IMG/VR virus record: IMGVR_UViG_2974506496_000001
Coordinates: 64,001 to 128,000 of that record
Strand: one strand, 5' to 3'
DNA: 64,000 bases
DNA from: a virus
Lineage: Duplodnaviria; Caudoviricetes
Below are positions 27,000-36,831 of this stretch, one piece after another. A program made the position numbers and the translations under genes. The notes under the pieces are model-generated. The model worked only from the letters and a program-made list of their open reading frames with translations. It had not been told where the DNA came from and searched no databases. The stretch's first letter is position 1. Each line of letters starts with the position of its first letter.

Positions 27000-28640
27000 A
27001 TGCACATTCAAGATATGACCTTCCGCATTCTCGTGGCTACCGATACCGCTGTTTCATCTACCGGGAACGTTTTGTATCTCGTTAATCAAAATGATGAGGT
27101 GGTCATCGAACACTCCATCACCGATGAAACATTAAACGACATCAGTAATGGCGGGGATTACGATAGCGACGAGTTTAAGAAAGCGGCGGCGGCTTATCTG
27201 TATACTTGTTACTTGTATACGCGCGACTACCCTGAAGGTAAAGGTGCGGCAAGCTATGACTTCCATCGCACTGCAGGTATTATTCTGATGCAGTTTGTTG
27301 AAGAAGAAAGTCTTGGTGAATTCGAACCCGATGACTGGAACCTGGCAGAGGTCATGGTCCCTGGGTTACCAGAAAGCACCCGGGCCTTCGTATTCAGTAA
27401 TGACGGCTCTGACATTAACATCCGTATCTATCGTCAAGACCGTGGGTTGGTGAACGATCGTCTGTTCACCTATGGTGATGAAGAGACGGTTCCTTCTATT
27501 GAAGAGATGCTTGCGCAATGGGATGCTGATGTCGCTCCTACCGCCGATCCGGTACAGGAAAACGCAGCCAGCATCTCGTTTGGCGACGTCTCCTTTATTT
27601 ACACCCTGGACATGAGCAAGGAAGGACGCGAGCAACGTAAAGCTATCATGCAGGTGGTAATTGGTGAGCGCCTGGTGGCACAGCAGAAAGTCCATGAGAA
27701 CACCCAACCGCTCATGTATTACATGATGGAAGTGTTCAACATGCTGGCGCTGCGCATGACAGTGGGTCCGGTAGAAGGCATTAATGCTCAAGACCGGGTA
27801 ACCTTACTGACGGCTATCAGCGGGTTTGTGGGCGGGCATTTAGCGATGCCTGATCAGGTGCAAATCGCAGAAGGTATGCAGTACATGCACGAAGGTGCGA
27901 TCAGTGATGAGGTAACCTACATGGTTTCACATCAGTTGATTGCCGACAACCATCTGCGGGCAACCTACCAGTTCAATACCGTGGTCGATGAAACGATGCG
28001 TCGTTCAATCACCATGTGTGATGAAGTGAGCTACCTGGAAAACCCGATGAGTCCACAGGCGTTCTTCACTGCGTATCAGGCAGACCTCAGTCGTGAGCTG
28101 AAACTATCTCGGTTGTTTGACATCGCAATGATTGCGGCCATCGATCGGGGTCAGGGTCTCGGTAAAGATAACGAACTGCTGTACCGTATCAAAGAAGACA
28201 TGAAGTACTTCAAAGAGATGACACTGCATTCACCGGTGATCATGGGACGGAAAACGTATGAGTCGTTACCGAACCCGTTGGTAGATCGCCTGAACATCGT
28301 TATCACTACTGCTCCGACCAACACCTATACCACCCGCTCAGGTGTGGTGTTCGTCAACAGCAAAGAAGAAGCCCTGCTGCACGCGAAGGGTTATCTGGCT
28401 GAACACGGCGGTGATAAGATCTGGATTATCGGGGGTGCGAGTATCTATGCTGCATTCCTGCCAGATGCCAAAGAGATCCACCTGACCACCATCGGTACTG
28501 AACGTGAAGATGCTGATACGTTCTTCCCGGAAGTTGATCTGCGTCAGTTTAACGCTGCACGTCAGTTTGAGGAAGACCAGGTGTTCGAGCGTGAAGGTGA
28601 AACCTTTGGCTACAACCGCGTCATCCTGACCCGTAAGTAA
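27000..28640 (+). CDS. folA: Dihydrofolate reductase fused to a ~370 aa unknown N-terminal region
   Basis: From ~28128: MIAAID...GLGKDNEL..., EDMKYFKEMT, VIMGRKTYESLP, R.NIVIT, IIGGASIY, DADTFFP. Confidence 0.88.
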   Translation: MHIQDMTFRILVATDTAVSSTGNVLYLVNQNDEVVIEHSITDETLNDISNGGDYDSDEFKKAAAAYLYTCYLYTRDYPEGKGAASYDFHRTAGIILMQFVEEESLGEFEPDDWNLAEVMVPGLPESTRAFVFSNDGSDINIRIYRQDRGLVNDRLFTYGDEETVPSIEEMLAQWDADVAPTADPVQENAASISFGDVSFIYTLDMSKEGREQRKAIMQVVIGERLVAQQKVHENTQPLMYYMMEVFNMLALRMTVGPVEGINAQDRVTLLTAISGFVGGHLAMPDQVQIAEGMQYMHEGAISDEVTYMVSHQLIADNHLRATYQFNTVVDETMRRSITMCDEVSYLENPMSPQAFFTAYQADLSRELKLSRLFDIAMIAAIDRGQGLGKDNELLYRIKEDMKYFKEMTLHSPVIMGRKTYESLPNPLVDRLNIVITTAPTNTYTTRSGVVFVNSKEEALLHAKGYLAEHGGDKIWIIGGASIYAAFLPDAKEIHLTTIGTEREDADTFFPEVDLRQFNAARQFEEDQVFEREGETFGYNRVILTRK

Positions 28641-28671
28641 TTTAACCCCCTGGGGAGGCAACTCCCCATTC

Positions 28672-29328
28672 TTGTCTATAAAGGAAACATTTCTCATGGC
28701 GATTGAAAAAGCAGCAGTACCGGCAAACGTAGTCGAGATCACTGGCAAGACCCTGGACCAGGCCCGCGGTGATATCCCGAACGCTATCATGTTACTGGAC
28801 AGCAATACGGTCGATGTGCGCTACACCCCAGCATTCAATAAACTGCCTGCTGATCTGCAACACGTCATCCTGGTTGCACAGATCGGCAACCCAGTAATCT
28901 CATTAGAGCGCCCACTGGATGCGACCGGAAAGGTTGATGCAACCAACCCGAACATGGTGATTGCCGCGGCAGTGCAGCAAGATGGCCAGCCACTGGGGAT
29001 CTATCATCCAGCCTTGATGGGTCGTCTGCGTCAGATTCCAAATGGCTATCTGCTTTATACCCACTATCACACTAACAGCAAAGCAGACTTCTCTTATCCG
29101 GCGTTTGAGAAAGCCTTGGCGGAATATTGCATGCTGGCGTTTGCGTTAGGTACGAAAGAGCAACCGGTGGTAATTAACATGCCCGGTCTGCAATGTGCCA
29201 ATAGCTTCGTCTGGGAAGAGGTCAACGGTGAACGTGTCCCAACACTGAGCCCGCGTCATCTTGAGCGTGTGAAAGAAGTGATTGCTAACACCATGTTCGC
29301 CGGGTCAACTGTTTATCTGGTGTTGTGA
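28672..29328 (+). CDS. Hypothetical protein
   Basis: AAGGA RBS before internal Met (MAIEK). Confidence 0.7.
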   Translation: MSIKETFLMAIEKAAVPANVVEITGKTLDQARGDIPNAIMLLDSNTVDVRYTPAFNKLPADLQHVILVAQIGNPVISLERPLDATGKVDATNPNMVIAAAVQQDGQPLGIYHPALMGRLRQIPNGYLLYTHYHTNSKADFSYPAFEKALAEYCMLAFALGTKEQPVVINMPGLQCANSFVWEEVNGERVPTLSPRHLERVKEVIANTMFAGSTVYLVL

Positions 29329-29519
29329 TGAAAGCGTGTCCGCTCTGTGCTTCATCGGCTAAGACCTACAAATACGCGTTAGTGTTCTGGGGTGTGCGTT
29401 GTACCAGTTGCATGCTGTTCCTCAAAGATATGAACACCTCTGAGGCAGCGGCTATTCGTCAGTGGGATACACGCATTACCCCCGAAGAGAAAGCAGCAAA
29501 GAAACGCAAGAAAGCTTAA
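29325..29519 (+). CDS. Lar-like (restriction alleviation) zinc-ribbon protein
   Basis: KACPLCAS...VRCTSC...AAI.QW..R. Confidence 0.65.
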   Translation: MMKACPLCASSAKTYKYALVFWGVRCTSCMLFLKDMNTSEAAAIRQWDTRITPEEKAAKKRKKA

Positions 29520-29540
29520 CCCCTGGATAAAGGAGTCGTC

Positions 29541-29855
29541 GTGCTGAAAAGAACAGTACTGAGTTTGGTCACCTGCTTTATGCTATCGGGCTGCGGAATG
29601 GCAGAATCCGAAGATGTGCCGGTCAAATCGGTTGAGGGTGTTGTGATCAGCGATGAGGTCTGTCAAGTCGGTCAAAAGTGCGAGGCAGTGATTGCCCGCG
29701 ATCAAACCGCCTGGACATACCAGATTGCAGAAGGGCCTTTTAAGAAAGGCACGGTGCTTTATAAAGCGTGTGCATATCACCGTACACACGAGCGCTGCAG
29801 TTCGGTCTGGTCACCCACTCCCGATCGGTTTATTCCGCCGGAGTCAAAGAACTAA
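29541..29855 (+). CDS. Putative lipoprotein
   Basis: Lipobox LSGC, four further Cys. Confidence 0.65.
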   Translation: MLKRTVLSLVTCFMLSGCGMAESEDVPVKSVEGVVISDEVCQVGQKCEAVIARDQTAWTYQIAEGPFKKGTVLYKACAYHRTHERCSSVWSPTPDRFIPPESKN

Positions 29856-29915
29856 GTTGTAACCACGGCGTGTCATGCGCCGTTTTAATTTAACCCTGCT
29901 GTAAGGTAATTCACC

Positions 29916-31004
29916 ATGAAAGACTCAGAACACCAAGATACTACAATTGATAATGTCTCTCAGTATGCGGGAGAACTGGCGGACCTGATTGAAGAGTTTG
30001 TGGCAGACCGATTTACCTTAATGGATGATGCGGTTCTTGAATCCCTTTATGCCGACTTACCGGATGTCACCTATTTGAAAGGTGTGGTGAAAGGCTTACG
30101 TCGAAACCTGATGCGACAGGCAGCATCGATCAATGTCGAAGACGCATACCCGAAAGTTATGCTGTTTAAAGAACAACCGTTAACCGCTGAGGATATCAAA
30201 GAGATTATCCAGGCCGATTGCCCGGACATGCCGGCGGATGAAGTTACACAAACCGTAACAGAAGTCATGACGGCAACTGATGAAGACGACGATGACGATA
30301 ATAGCGAAGCGCTGCGTCTACGGGAAAGCAACAAACTCGAACATATCCCAAGCCTTGATGAACTCATGCAAGCGGATGGGAAAGGCTGGGGTTCGGTGAG
30401 TGCGGTGATCACACCCCCGCCAGTCATTGAACCTGCTCGTCCTGCAAGACCCTCACGCGCTGAACGCTTTGGTACCTCAAACGTTGAGTTAGCTGAATTA
30501 CTGAGTCAGGCCAAGCCGGGCAGTGTGTTCTCTATTGACACCATTAAATCTGCAAAAGATAAAAACCTGGTGTTGGTGAAATCGCCCGAGACAAAACACT
30601 TTGAACCCCTGCGTCTGTTAGAGCGTTCTGATCCGCAATATTACCAATACATGTGGCCAGCATTATTCGAAGCCCTGGAGGCTGTGTTGAATGACACAAG
30701 CTTAACGGTGAATCGGATGCGTCGTCTGGATGAAGAGATGCTTGCACGCTTTGGTGATACCTTAGCTGCCGCGGTCACGACTATCCTGAGTATTGGTAAT
30801 CACGATCTGTTGATTAAAGAGAACGTCAACTATTTCATGCAGCAGTGTAATGACCGTGGACTGGATATCAAACTCTATATGGGTGCTAAGGTTTATAAGC
30901 AAGGTCGCTGGATTAACACCTGGATCGACGCAACATTACAAACCCCTAAAGGCAAGTTTATCTTTGGTACCCCGGAGGTGGATGTGGTATGGCAAGCGAA
31001 ATGA
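29916..31004 (+). CDS. Acidic hypothetical protein
   Basis: 362 aa ORF with AAGG RBS. Confidence 0.75.
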   Translation: MKDSEHQDTTIDNVSQYAGELADLIEEFVADRFTLMDDAVLESLYADLPDVTYLKGVVKGLRRNLMRQAASINVEDAYPKVMLFKEQPLTAEDIKEIIQADCPDMPADEVTQTVTEVMTATDEDDDDDNSEALRLRESNKLEHIPSLDELMQADGKGWGSVSAVITPPPVIEPARPARPSRAERFGTSNVELAELLSQAKPGSVFSIDTIKSAKDKNLVLVKSPETKHFEPLRLLERSDPQYYQYMWPALFEALEAVLNDTSLTVNRMRRLDEEMLARFGDTLAAAVTTILSIGNHDLLIKENVNYFMQQCNDRGLDIKLYMGAKVYKQGRWINTWIDATLQTPKGKFIFGTPEVDVVWQAK

Positions 31005-31306
31005 TTGAATGGGAAAAGCTCTTTAACTCGCTAAAGGCGATTGAACAAAGCGACCAGGTCTGTGATTTACCGACGCGCAATCTGTCGGTCATGATGGCAC
31101 AGCGGCGCCTCAAGGCTGGATTGCAACGCTCAGTGAAACGGGTGGACGCGATCATGAGCGCACAGGTACAAACCGACGAAGCGTACGATGAACTGATGCA
31201 TCGACTGCAAGTGCTGGCATTGCCTGTCACTGTGACGCGCTTTACCGGTGGGAAGTGGAATCATGGAGTGATCAGAACCAAGAAAGGTACGATCATGTAT
31301 GGTTAG
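30989..31306 (+). CDS. Hypothetical protein
   Basis: Coupled to upstream gene. Confidence 0.6.
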   Translation: MASEMIEWEKLFNSLKAIEQSDQVCDLPTRNLSVMMAQRRLKAGLQRSVKRVDAIMSAQVQTDEAYDELMHRLQVLALPVTVTRFTGGKWNHGVIRTKKGTIMYG

Positions 31307-31619
31307 AAATAACGTTGTCTCTATTTATAAACCGACGTTTCGTAAACGTCTCGCTGTCGACCCGATGGTAGTCATCACCGAGTTGCAGCATGTCTTTACA
31401 GTGATTGAACTGTGTAAAGCATCTAACAAATATGACCATCGTGTGTATGGTAAATTGCTGAAAGATGAGGTACAATTAGTTCGTGACTGTGCAGCGGTGC
31501 TTGTACGACATGTGCAGACACCATCCATCGTGCAGATGTTGCAAACCGCAATTACCCACGAGAAGCCGGTTGAGTTGATTGCAGCCCGACACGGTGAGTT
31601 TTTACAATTGATAAATTAA
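31299..31619 (+). CDS. Hypothetical protein
   Basis: Coupled ORF. Confidence 0.6.
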   Translation: MVRNNVVSIYKPTFRKRLAVDPMVVITELQHVFTVIELCKASNKYDHRVYGKLLKDEVQLVRDCAAVLVRHVQTPSIVQMLQTAITHEKPVELIAARHGEFLQLIN

Positions 31620-31645
31620 CCCCTGAGTATAAGGAAAATAAAAAT

Positions 31646-31936
31646 ATGGCTAAGAAGATTACCGCAGCAGCTTTAGAGAAAGACATCTTTGATCACGAAG
31701 GCATCCGTGTCATCTTCCGTGTACCAACTGGTAAGCGCATTGCTGAACAGAAATACACTGAAGTCTTCACGAATCGTTCGCCAAAGAACTACACGTTAAA
31801 AACCTTACGCGAACGCATTGTCCGTGTGGTGGGTGAGAACATTGAGTTCTCCATCATCACAGGCGGCGGTGAGATCGCAAACGGCAATTACAAGATCGGT
31901 AACTTACGCACCACCTACGAAGTAATCGAAGAGTAA
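31646..31936 (+). CDS. Hypothetical protein
   Basis: AAGGA RBS; ends before bidirectional terminator. Confidence 0.7.
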   Translation: MAKKITAAALEKDIFDHEGIRVIFRVPTGKRIAEQKYTEVFTNRSPKNYTLKTLRERIVRVVGENIEFSIITGGGEIANGNYKIGNLRTTYEVIEE

Positions 31937-31940
31937 TAGA

Positions 31941-31991
31941 CGGCATAAGAGGAGGAGCAAACGCTCCTCCTCTGTTTATGCTGCTTTTTTT
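31941..31991. terminator. Bidirectional terminator with TTATGC motif on both sides
   Basis: CGGCATAA GAGGAGGAGC-AAAC-GCTCCTCCTC TGTTTATGCTGC plus T-run, between convergent genes. Confidence 0.8.
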
Positions 31992-32831
31992 TTATCCTGC
32001 GACCACAGTCTGGTCGGCAGTTAATGCAGAAGGGAAGCTTCGACCTTTACCCCAGATGATACGAATCCCGCCTGTACCTGGCGTGTAACCAGAACCCATC
32101 CCGGCACCACCACCGTATCGTCCACCGGTGCCGCCATTTGCGGCAGTGCCTGCAGACCCGGCTTTACCAAACTGCGTAATTGTACCGCCTGCTCCGGACG
32201 TGCTACCGATTGAGATATCCCCACTGGCACCTTCACCGTAGAGGCCAACACCCCCACCACCGGCGCCATAACGGTTACCGTTATAAGACCAACCAGCACC
32301 CCCACCACCGCCACCTCCTTTACCGGCCTGACCGTCCACTGTAGGACAGCCACCCATTCCGCCATCACCGGAGTAACCACCTGCGCCACCGCCACCGTTA
32401 TTGGTGCCGGCAGTCTGTCCACCCAACCCACCGTTTCCACCACCGAGAAGAGGTAGACTAATGGGGGTACTGGTGCTGGTCGAATCACCACCCCTGGCTA
32501 GCAACAAGACCGTATTGCCCCTTAAGAGTTTACTGTCGTTGCCGGTCATGTCACCAACGACCAGGGTCAGAACTTCACCCGGGGTCACTTTCAAACGGTT
32601 AACATAACGTAGATCACCACCACGCGCACCGATATGAGGTGTACCGGTAAGTCCTTTGCCACCCGAGCCAACAGCCACAGCACAGATATCAAACACACCG
32701 GCAGGTACCGTCCAAGAGGTGGTTCCGCTGGTTGCAAATATCTGCTGACCTACCGCAGTGGTGTCACTATCCGGTAACGGACCTCCCCCGGATACTGGTC
32801 GGTAACTTGAGTTCAGTAACAGTTCAAACAC
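31992..32831 (-). CDS. Glycine-rich putative fibre/virion protein (paralog of 19714..20496)
   Basis: MFELLL start; TVPAGV.DI.AVAVG.GG, GGDLR, IRIIWG.GRSFP. Confidence 0.75.
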   Translation of the reverse strand: MFELLLNSSYRPVSGGGPLPDSDTTAVGQQIFATSGTTSWTVPAGVFDICAVAVGSGGKGLTGTPHIGARGGDLRYVNRLKVTPGEVLTLVVGDMTGNDSKLLRGNTVLLLARGGDSTSTSTPISLPLLGGGNGGLGGQTAGTNNGGGGAGGYSGDGGMGGCPTVDGQAGKGGGGGGGAGWSYNGNRYGAGGGGVGLYGEGASGDISIGSTSGAGGTITQFGKAGSAGTAANGGTGGRYGGGAGMGSGYTPGTGGIRIIWGKGRSFPSALTADQTVVAG

Positions 32832-32840
32832 GGTAACTCC

Positions 32841-34964
32841 TTACCAGCTAAATGCTTTATTGGCACGCGGCATAGTCACTTCCATTGGGATGTCTTCCGT
32901 GACGAGCTCTTGGCTTTCCAGATCGTCTAACCACGCTTCCATTCCTGCCGAGAGGAACTGGTGCTCATGTGCACTTTCTTCAAACGATTCCAACCCTACT
33001 GCTTCAGCGATCTCTTCAACTTCAACGTTCGAACCGTAACGGTCCAAGCCCATCAGTGCATCGACCTGAGACTTCGACCAGGCCATGATGTCTTCTGAGC
33101 GAGTTGAGATGTTCGGCATGGCGCCAGTATCCAATACGAAGTTAAAGATATACACTTCGTCTTCCTGACCAATACGGTGCATACGTGAGACAGCCTGCTC
33201 GTAGTGGTGGAAGCGGAAAGGTTTGTTCAACATCAATCCACAGTTTGCTTCAGTCAGGGGTACGGCTTCTGCCAGTGAGCGGAAGGTGGCGATCCCGGGG
33301 TTAACGTCTTCAGAAGCACGGAACGACTTCACCATCTCAACCAGGTCTTTGTTGGTATCACCGTAAACCACGACGGGTTTATACCCCAGACCCCGACAGA
33401 TCAACGCCATGGTTTCCAACGCGGGCACAAAGTCAGTGAAGATCAGGGTCTTCTTCTTGGCATTGTCAATGTAGGTGCCGAACGGAATCGCCTCAGCAAG
33501 CTCTACGTGACACATGGTGCGTTCTTTACCCAACACCCTACCCAGACACTCCCCTTTGATCTTCAAGTCCACATACTTGATTACAGAGCGGGCATCTTTG
33601 AACGTCTTACGCATGTGGTCCGGGATCACCGGGATGATGCGCTTGAGTTCGTACTCGTTACAATACTGACTCATGTAGGCCATCGAGTAGGGATCAAACC
33701 CCTGGGTGACAAACGTGTTCACATATTGGTTGTAGAGTTTGAAGTCCTCTTTCTCTTTGGGGGAGTGCAAGGTCTTCTCATACCACCCCAGTGCATCGTC
33801 GTAGATTTTCTGGTAGGCCGGCTTGTTGTCGGTATAGAACTTAAACCGCTCTTGAATGAACGCCATCATGATCCGTTGGATGTTATCCAGGGTGTAATGC
33901 GCGCCATTCTTGATCTTGATCTTCACCGTCATCTCGATCGGCTTGGTGGTCATGAACTTTGACTTCGGTACTGAGAAGCTCACAATCCCCAATCGGTTCG
34001 CCAGGATGTCATTAGCTTTGGTGGCGGTCTTGCCCCAGATCTTACGCATCGCTAATTCAACATCATTAGTGAAACCGGGGATCAGGGTACGGAACAACGG
34101 TACAGCTTCAGTGCCCATTGCGGTCAGCGCAGTACCGGAAGCCCAGACGATATCCTGCGACCCTGAGGCCTGGCAGAGTTCCACAAACAGGTTGGTGCGA
34201 ATCGACTCTTTGGTTTTCTGGTTTAAGTTGTGCGACTCATCGAGGATAATCCCGACATTAGGTAGACGCAGCTCTTTCACCATCTTCACCACTTCATCCA
34301 GGCGCTCGTAGTGCGCAACGATCCATTTGGTGCCTTTACGGTATGGTTGGTCATACTCTGCAACCCAGACCGACTCCTCTGTCGTAAGTTCTGTGGTGAT
34401 CGTGCGCTCCCAAACATCGCGTGTGGCTTTCTTGGGGGCAATGACAATCACGTAATCTTTCTTACGACAGAGCATGGTCATGATACTGCAGAGCGTCTTA
34501 CCGGCACCGGGTGCGGCAGAGAGTAAAGCACCGCGCAGACCGTAACGTGGGATCACGGTGTTGTAGTAGTTCAGCCAGTTACGCTGTTCAGGCAGTGGGG
34601 TCTTCTTAACATACTTCAGTTGGCCCAGGTCGATGATATCTTCATACTGCTCCTCGAGGTTGCGCATCCAGGTGTTCTTGCGCAGCAGCTCCAGGATCTT
34701 ACCCAGACCCCGACGATCTGACCAGGTCTTATCGTGCTCGTAGAGTTGCTTTAAGATGTACTCGACTTCGATGGCAAAGAAGCTGTTAAAGCTGATCTTG
34801 TTCTGGGTTACCTCTCGAAAGAGATAGCCAGCAATTTTACTGGTCTTCCAGACCTTGAGGATATCGCGCGTTGCCAGTGGGGCATTAAAGCCAGTGATGG
34901 TAATGATATCGTTTTTCTCTTCGACGTTAATGAACCCTAACGCCCGACGCAGGTAGTCAAACAT
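32841..34964 (-). CDS. Superfamily 2 (SNF2-like) helicase
   Basis: AAPGAGKT, ILDESH, ASGT, QAVSRMHRIGQ. Confidence 0.88.
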   Translation of the reverse strand: MFDYLRRALGFINVEEKNDIITITGFNAPLATRDILKVWKTSKIAGYLFREVTQNKISFNSFFAIEVEYILKQLYEHDKTWSDRRGLGKILELLRKNTWMRNLEEQYEDIIDLGQLKYVKKTPLPEQRNWLNYYNTVIPRYGLRGALLSAAPGAGKTLCSIMTMLCRKKDYVIVIAPKKATRDVWERTITTELTTEESVWVAEYDQPYRKGTKWIVAHYERLDEVVKMVKELRLPNVGIILDESHNLNQKTKESIRTNLFVELCQASGSQDIVWASGTALTAMGTEAVPLFRTLIPGFTNDVELAMRKIWGKTATKANDILANRLGIVSFSVPKSKFMTTKPIEMTVKIKIKNGAHYTLDNIQRIMMAFIQERFKFYTDNKPAYQKIYDDALGWYEKTLHSPKEKEDFKLYNQYVNTFVTQGFDPYSMAYMSQYCNEYELKRIIPVIPDHMRKTFKDARSVIKYVDLKIKGECLGRVLGKERTMCHVELAEAIPFGTYIDNAKKKTLIFTDFVPALETMALICRGLGYKPVVVYGDTNKDLVEMVKSFRASEDVNPGIATFRSLAEAVPLTEANCGLMLNKPFRFHHYEQAVSRMHRIGQEDEVYIFNFVLDTGAMPNISTRSEDIMAWSKSQVDALMGLDRYGSNVEVEEIAEAVGLESFEESAHEHQFLSAGMEAWLDDLESQELVTEDIPMEVTMPRANKAFSW

Positions 34965-35043
34965 AAATGCCCCTTAGGAAAGTTAAATCATACTAATGTG
35001 ATCTATAAAATAACGTGCGATATAGAATCTATATTTTTACATA

Positions 35044-35062
35044 CCTACATTACGGTAGTGAT
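35044..35062 (+). promoter_or_regulatory. Putative phage promoter in divergent region
   Basis: CCTACATTAC GGTA GTGAT. Confidence 0.7.
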
Positions 35063-35169
35063 ATGTTGTACAACATAAAACATATTAGTTGGGTATACTA
35101 AAGTTTTATTAGATCCACTACACTTTCGAATAGTGTTTTAGTATACAACCAACAACTTGGAGGTCCACT

Positions 35170-35241
35170 ATGGATCGTTTAATCATTTTCACCGGGGTAA
35201 TCGTTACATTCGTCATTAGCATTGCAATGACTGTGACGTAA
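35170..35241 (+). CDS. 23-aa hydrophobic micro-protein (not in ORF track)
   Basis: GGAGG RBS; MDRLIIFTGVIVTFVISIAMTVT*. Confidence 0.55.
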   Translation: MDRLIIFTGVIVTFVISIAMTVT

Positions 35242-35257
35242 CACAAAGGAGAGGGTT

Positions 35258-35671
35258 ATGAATCGCCCTACATTGACCGTTCGCGGCATGATCGATGAGC
35301 TATTAGCCGCTGCAAAAGCGCAACACCCAGATATAACTCGACTGGCAATAAAGGTCGCATATATTCAGAATGAAAAAATTAAGTACATTGTGAATATCAC
35401 CACCGCTACAGGAGTGATACCATTCACGGATGAAAGTCAGATGGATGTTATGGGAGTTGTTGAGCATGAGGTGGCAAAGATCACCGAACGCGAACGCAAT
35501 AGACCCAACGTAGGCGAATTAGACATAGCCAGTAACACCACAATAAACCTGTATACGAAGTTTAGGCGCATCTTTGGGCCTCGACCCATTATCACAGTGA
35601 AATTGGGTTATCTTGATCCCGTCACCCCTAACGTCAACAGGGTTACCGTGGAATTAGACTACACTTACTAA
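35258..35671 (+). CDS. Hypothetical protein
   Basis: AAGGAGAGG RBS. Confidence 0.7.
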   Translation: MNRPTLTVRGMIDELLAAAKAQHPDITRLAIKVAYIQNEKIKYIVNITTATGVIPFTDESQMDVMGVVEHEVAKITERERNRPNVGELDIASNTTINLYTKFRRIFGPRPIITVKLGYLDPVTPNVNRVTVELDYTY

Positions 35672-35676
35672 AGGGT

Positions 35677-36261
35677 TTGACAATAATGTTAAACAAAATC
35701 ATTACTGAGAATGTTGGACGCATCTCACTGAAGGTCTGGGATAACTGCGAAGATTATTTGCTTCGCGTTACCCAGGGGATTAAACGTGACATCATGCGGG
35801 AAATCAAAACGCATGGTGGTCGCACGCAATTCCGCGTCACTGTCCGTAACTCTCTCGGCTATAACAAGGCCGAGGGGATCTTTCACGATCTGCAAGTGGT
35901 GGTTACCTGTCTGGCCACTTCCAAAGAACTGAAAGAGACCGTGCGTCTGCCTGTCAGCAAAGACAACCCCCTGGCCATTATCCAGGGCACGTTAATGCAT
36001 GCGGCGATCAAAGCCAACGCAGTGCGCAGCTATACCTCGATGAACTCACGGGCCGATGAAGTCCGTAAGACACTGAAGAGCAACCTGGATGACATGCTGA
36101 AAACGCACTCCACGGTCATCTCAGTGCATCAACACAAATCTGGCCATCCTGAAATTGCTGCGGAATTCATTCAAACTGACGGTCCTTCCATGGCCGCCTT
36201 ATTTGAGAAACTTGCGCAGCACTCCCCATTGGGTGGTCTCTCAACACAACCTTCCATGTAA
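35677..36261 (+). CDS. Hypothetical protein
   Basis: 194 aa ORF. Confidence 0.7.
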   Translation: MTIMLNKIITENVGRISLKVWDNCEDYLLRVTQGIKRDIMREIKTHGGRTQFRVTVRNSLGYNKAEGIFHDLQVVVTCLATSKELKETVRLPVSKDNPLAIIQGTLMHAAIKANAVRSYTSMNSRADEVRKTLKSNLDDMLKTHSTVISVHQHKSGHPEIAAEFIQTDGPSMAALFEKLAQHSPLGGLSTQPSM

Positions 36262-36318
36262 GTTCTCGTAATTGGCTGGGCGGGTGAGTATCACCGCCTG
36301 GCTTTCCAGGAGTCTATT

Positions 36319-36819
36319 ATGAGCGCCTTGCTTACAGAACTCCTCTCTGGACCCGCAATTCCTTTCGGGTTGGTAATTGGTATACTCGTTTGGTTATTGC
36401 ATGTGAAGCTGTCAAACAAATCACATCAGCATGTTTACGATGTGGTCGGTCATCAATTGGTTAATGATATCGAACACCTGTGCCGGGAGCTAGCCAGCCC
36501 ATCGGATCATCGGCGTTACATCAAAACCGATCTTCCACCACAAGGTGATCAGATTAACTACCTGCGTAAGCACATCGAATCGCACCTTAAAGCGCGTGTA
36601 ACTAAATACATCGATGCTGCTTGTTATAACGACAGGACAGCCCGCAGACCACGGGCGAAGTTACACGTCAAGGTGGTTAACCTGGCGCATATGGGGCAGG
36701 GGCTTGAGATAAGTTTTAAACTAGGCCGAGGGATCTTCACCGATCACCGTACCTATTTTAAACCATCCACCTATGCCCATGTCAGTCTCTTCTTTAAAGA
36801 TGAAGTTCTTTCCAAATAA
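36319..36819 (+). CDS. Hypothetical protein with N-terminal TM helix
   Basis: AGGAG RBS; hydrophobic aa 12-27. Confidence 0.7.
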   Translation: MSALLTELLSGPAIPFGLVIGILVWLLHVKLSNKSHQHVYDVVGHQLVNDIEHLCRELASPSDHRRYIKTDLPPQGDQINYLRKHIESHLKARVTKYIDAACYNDRTARRPRAKLHVKVVNLAHMGQGLEISFKLGRGIFTDHRTYFKPSTYAHVSLFFKDEVLSK

Positions 36820-36831
36820 AGGAATCAGTAG

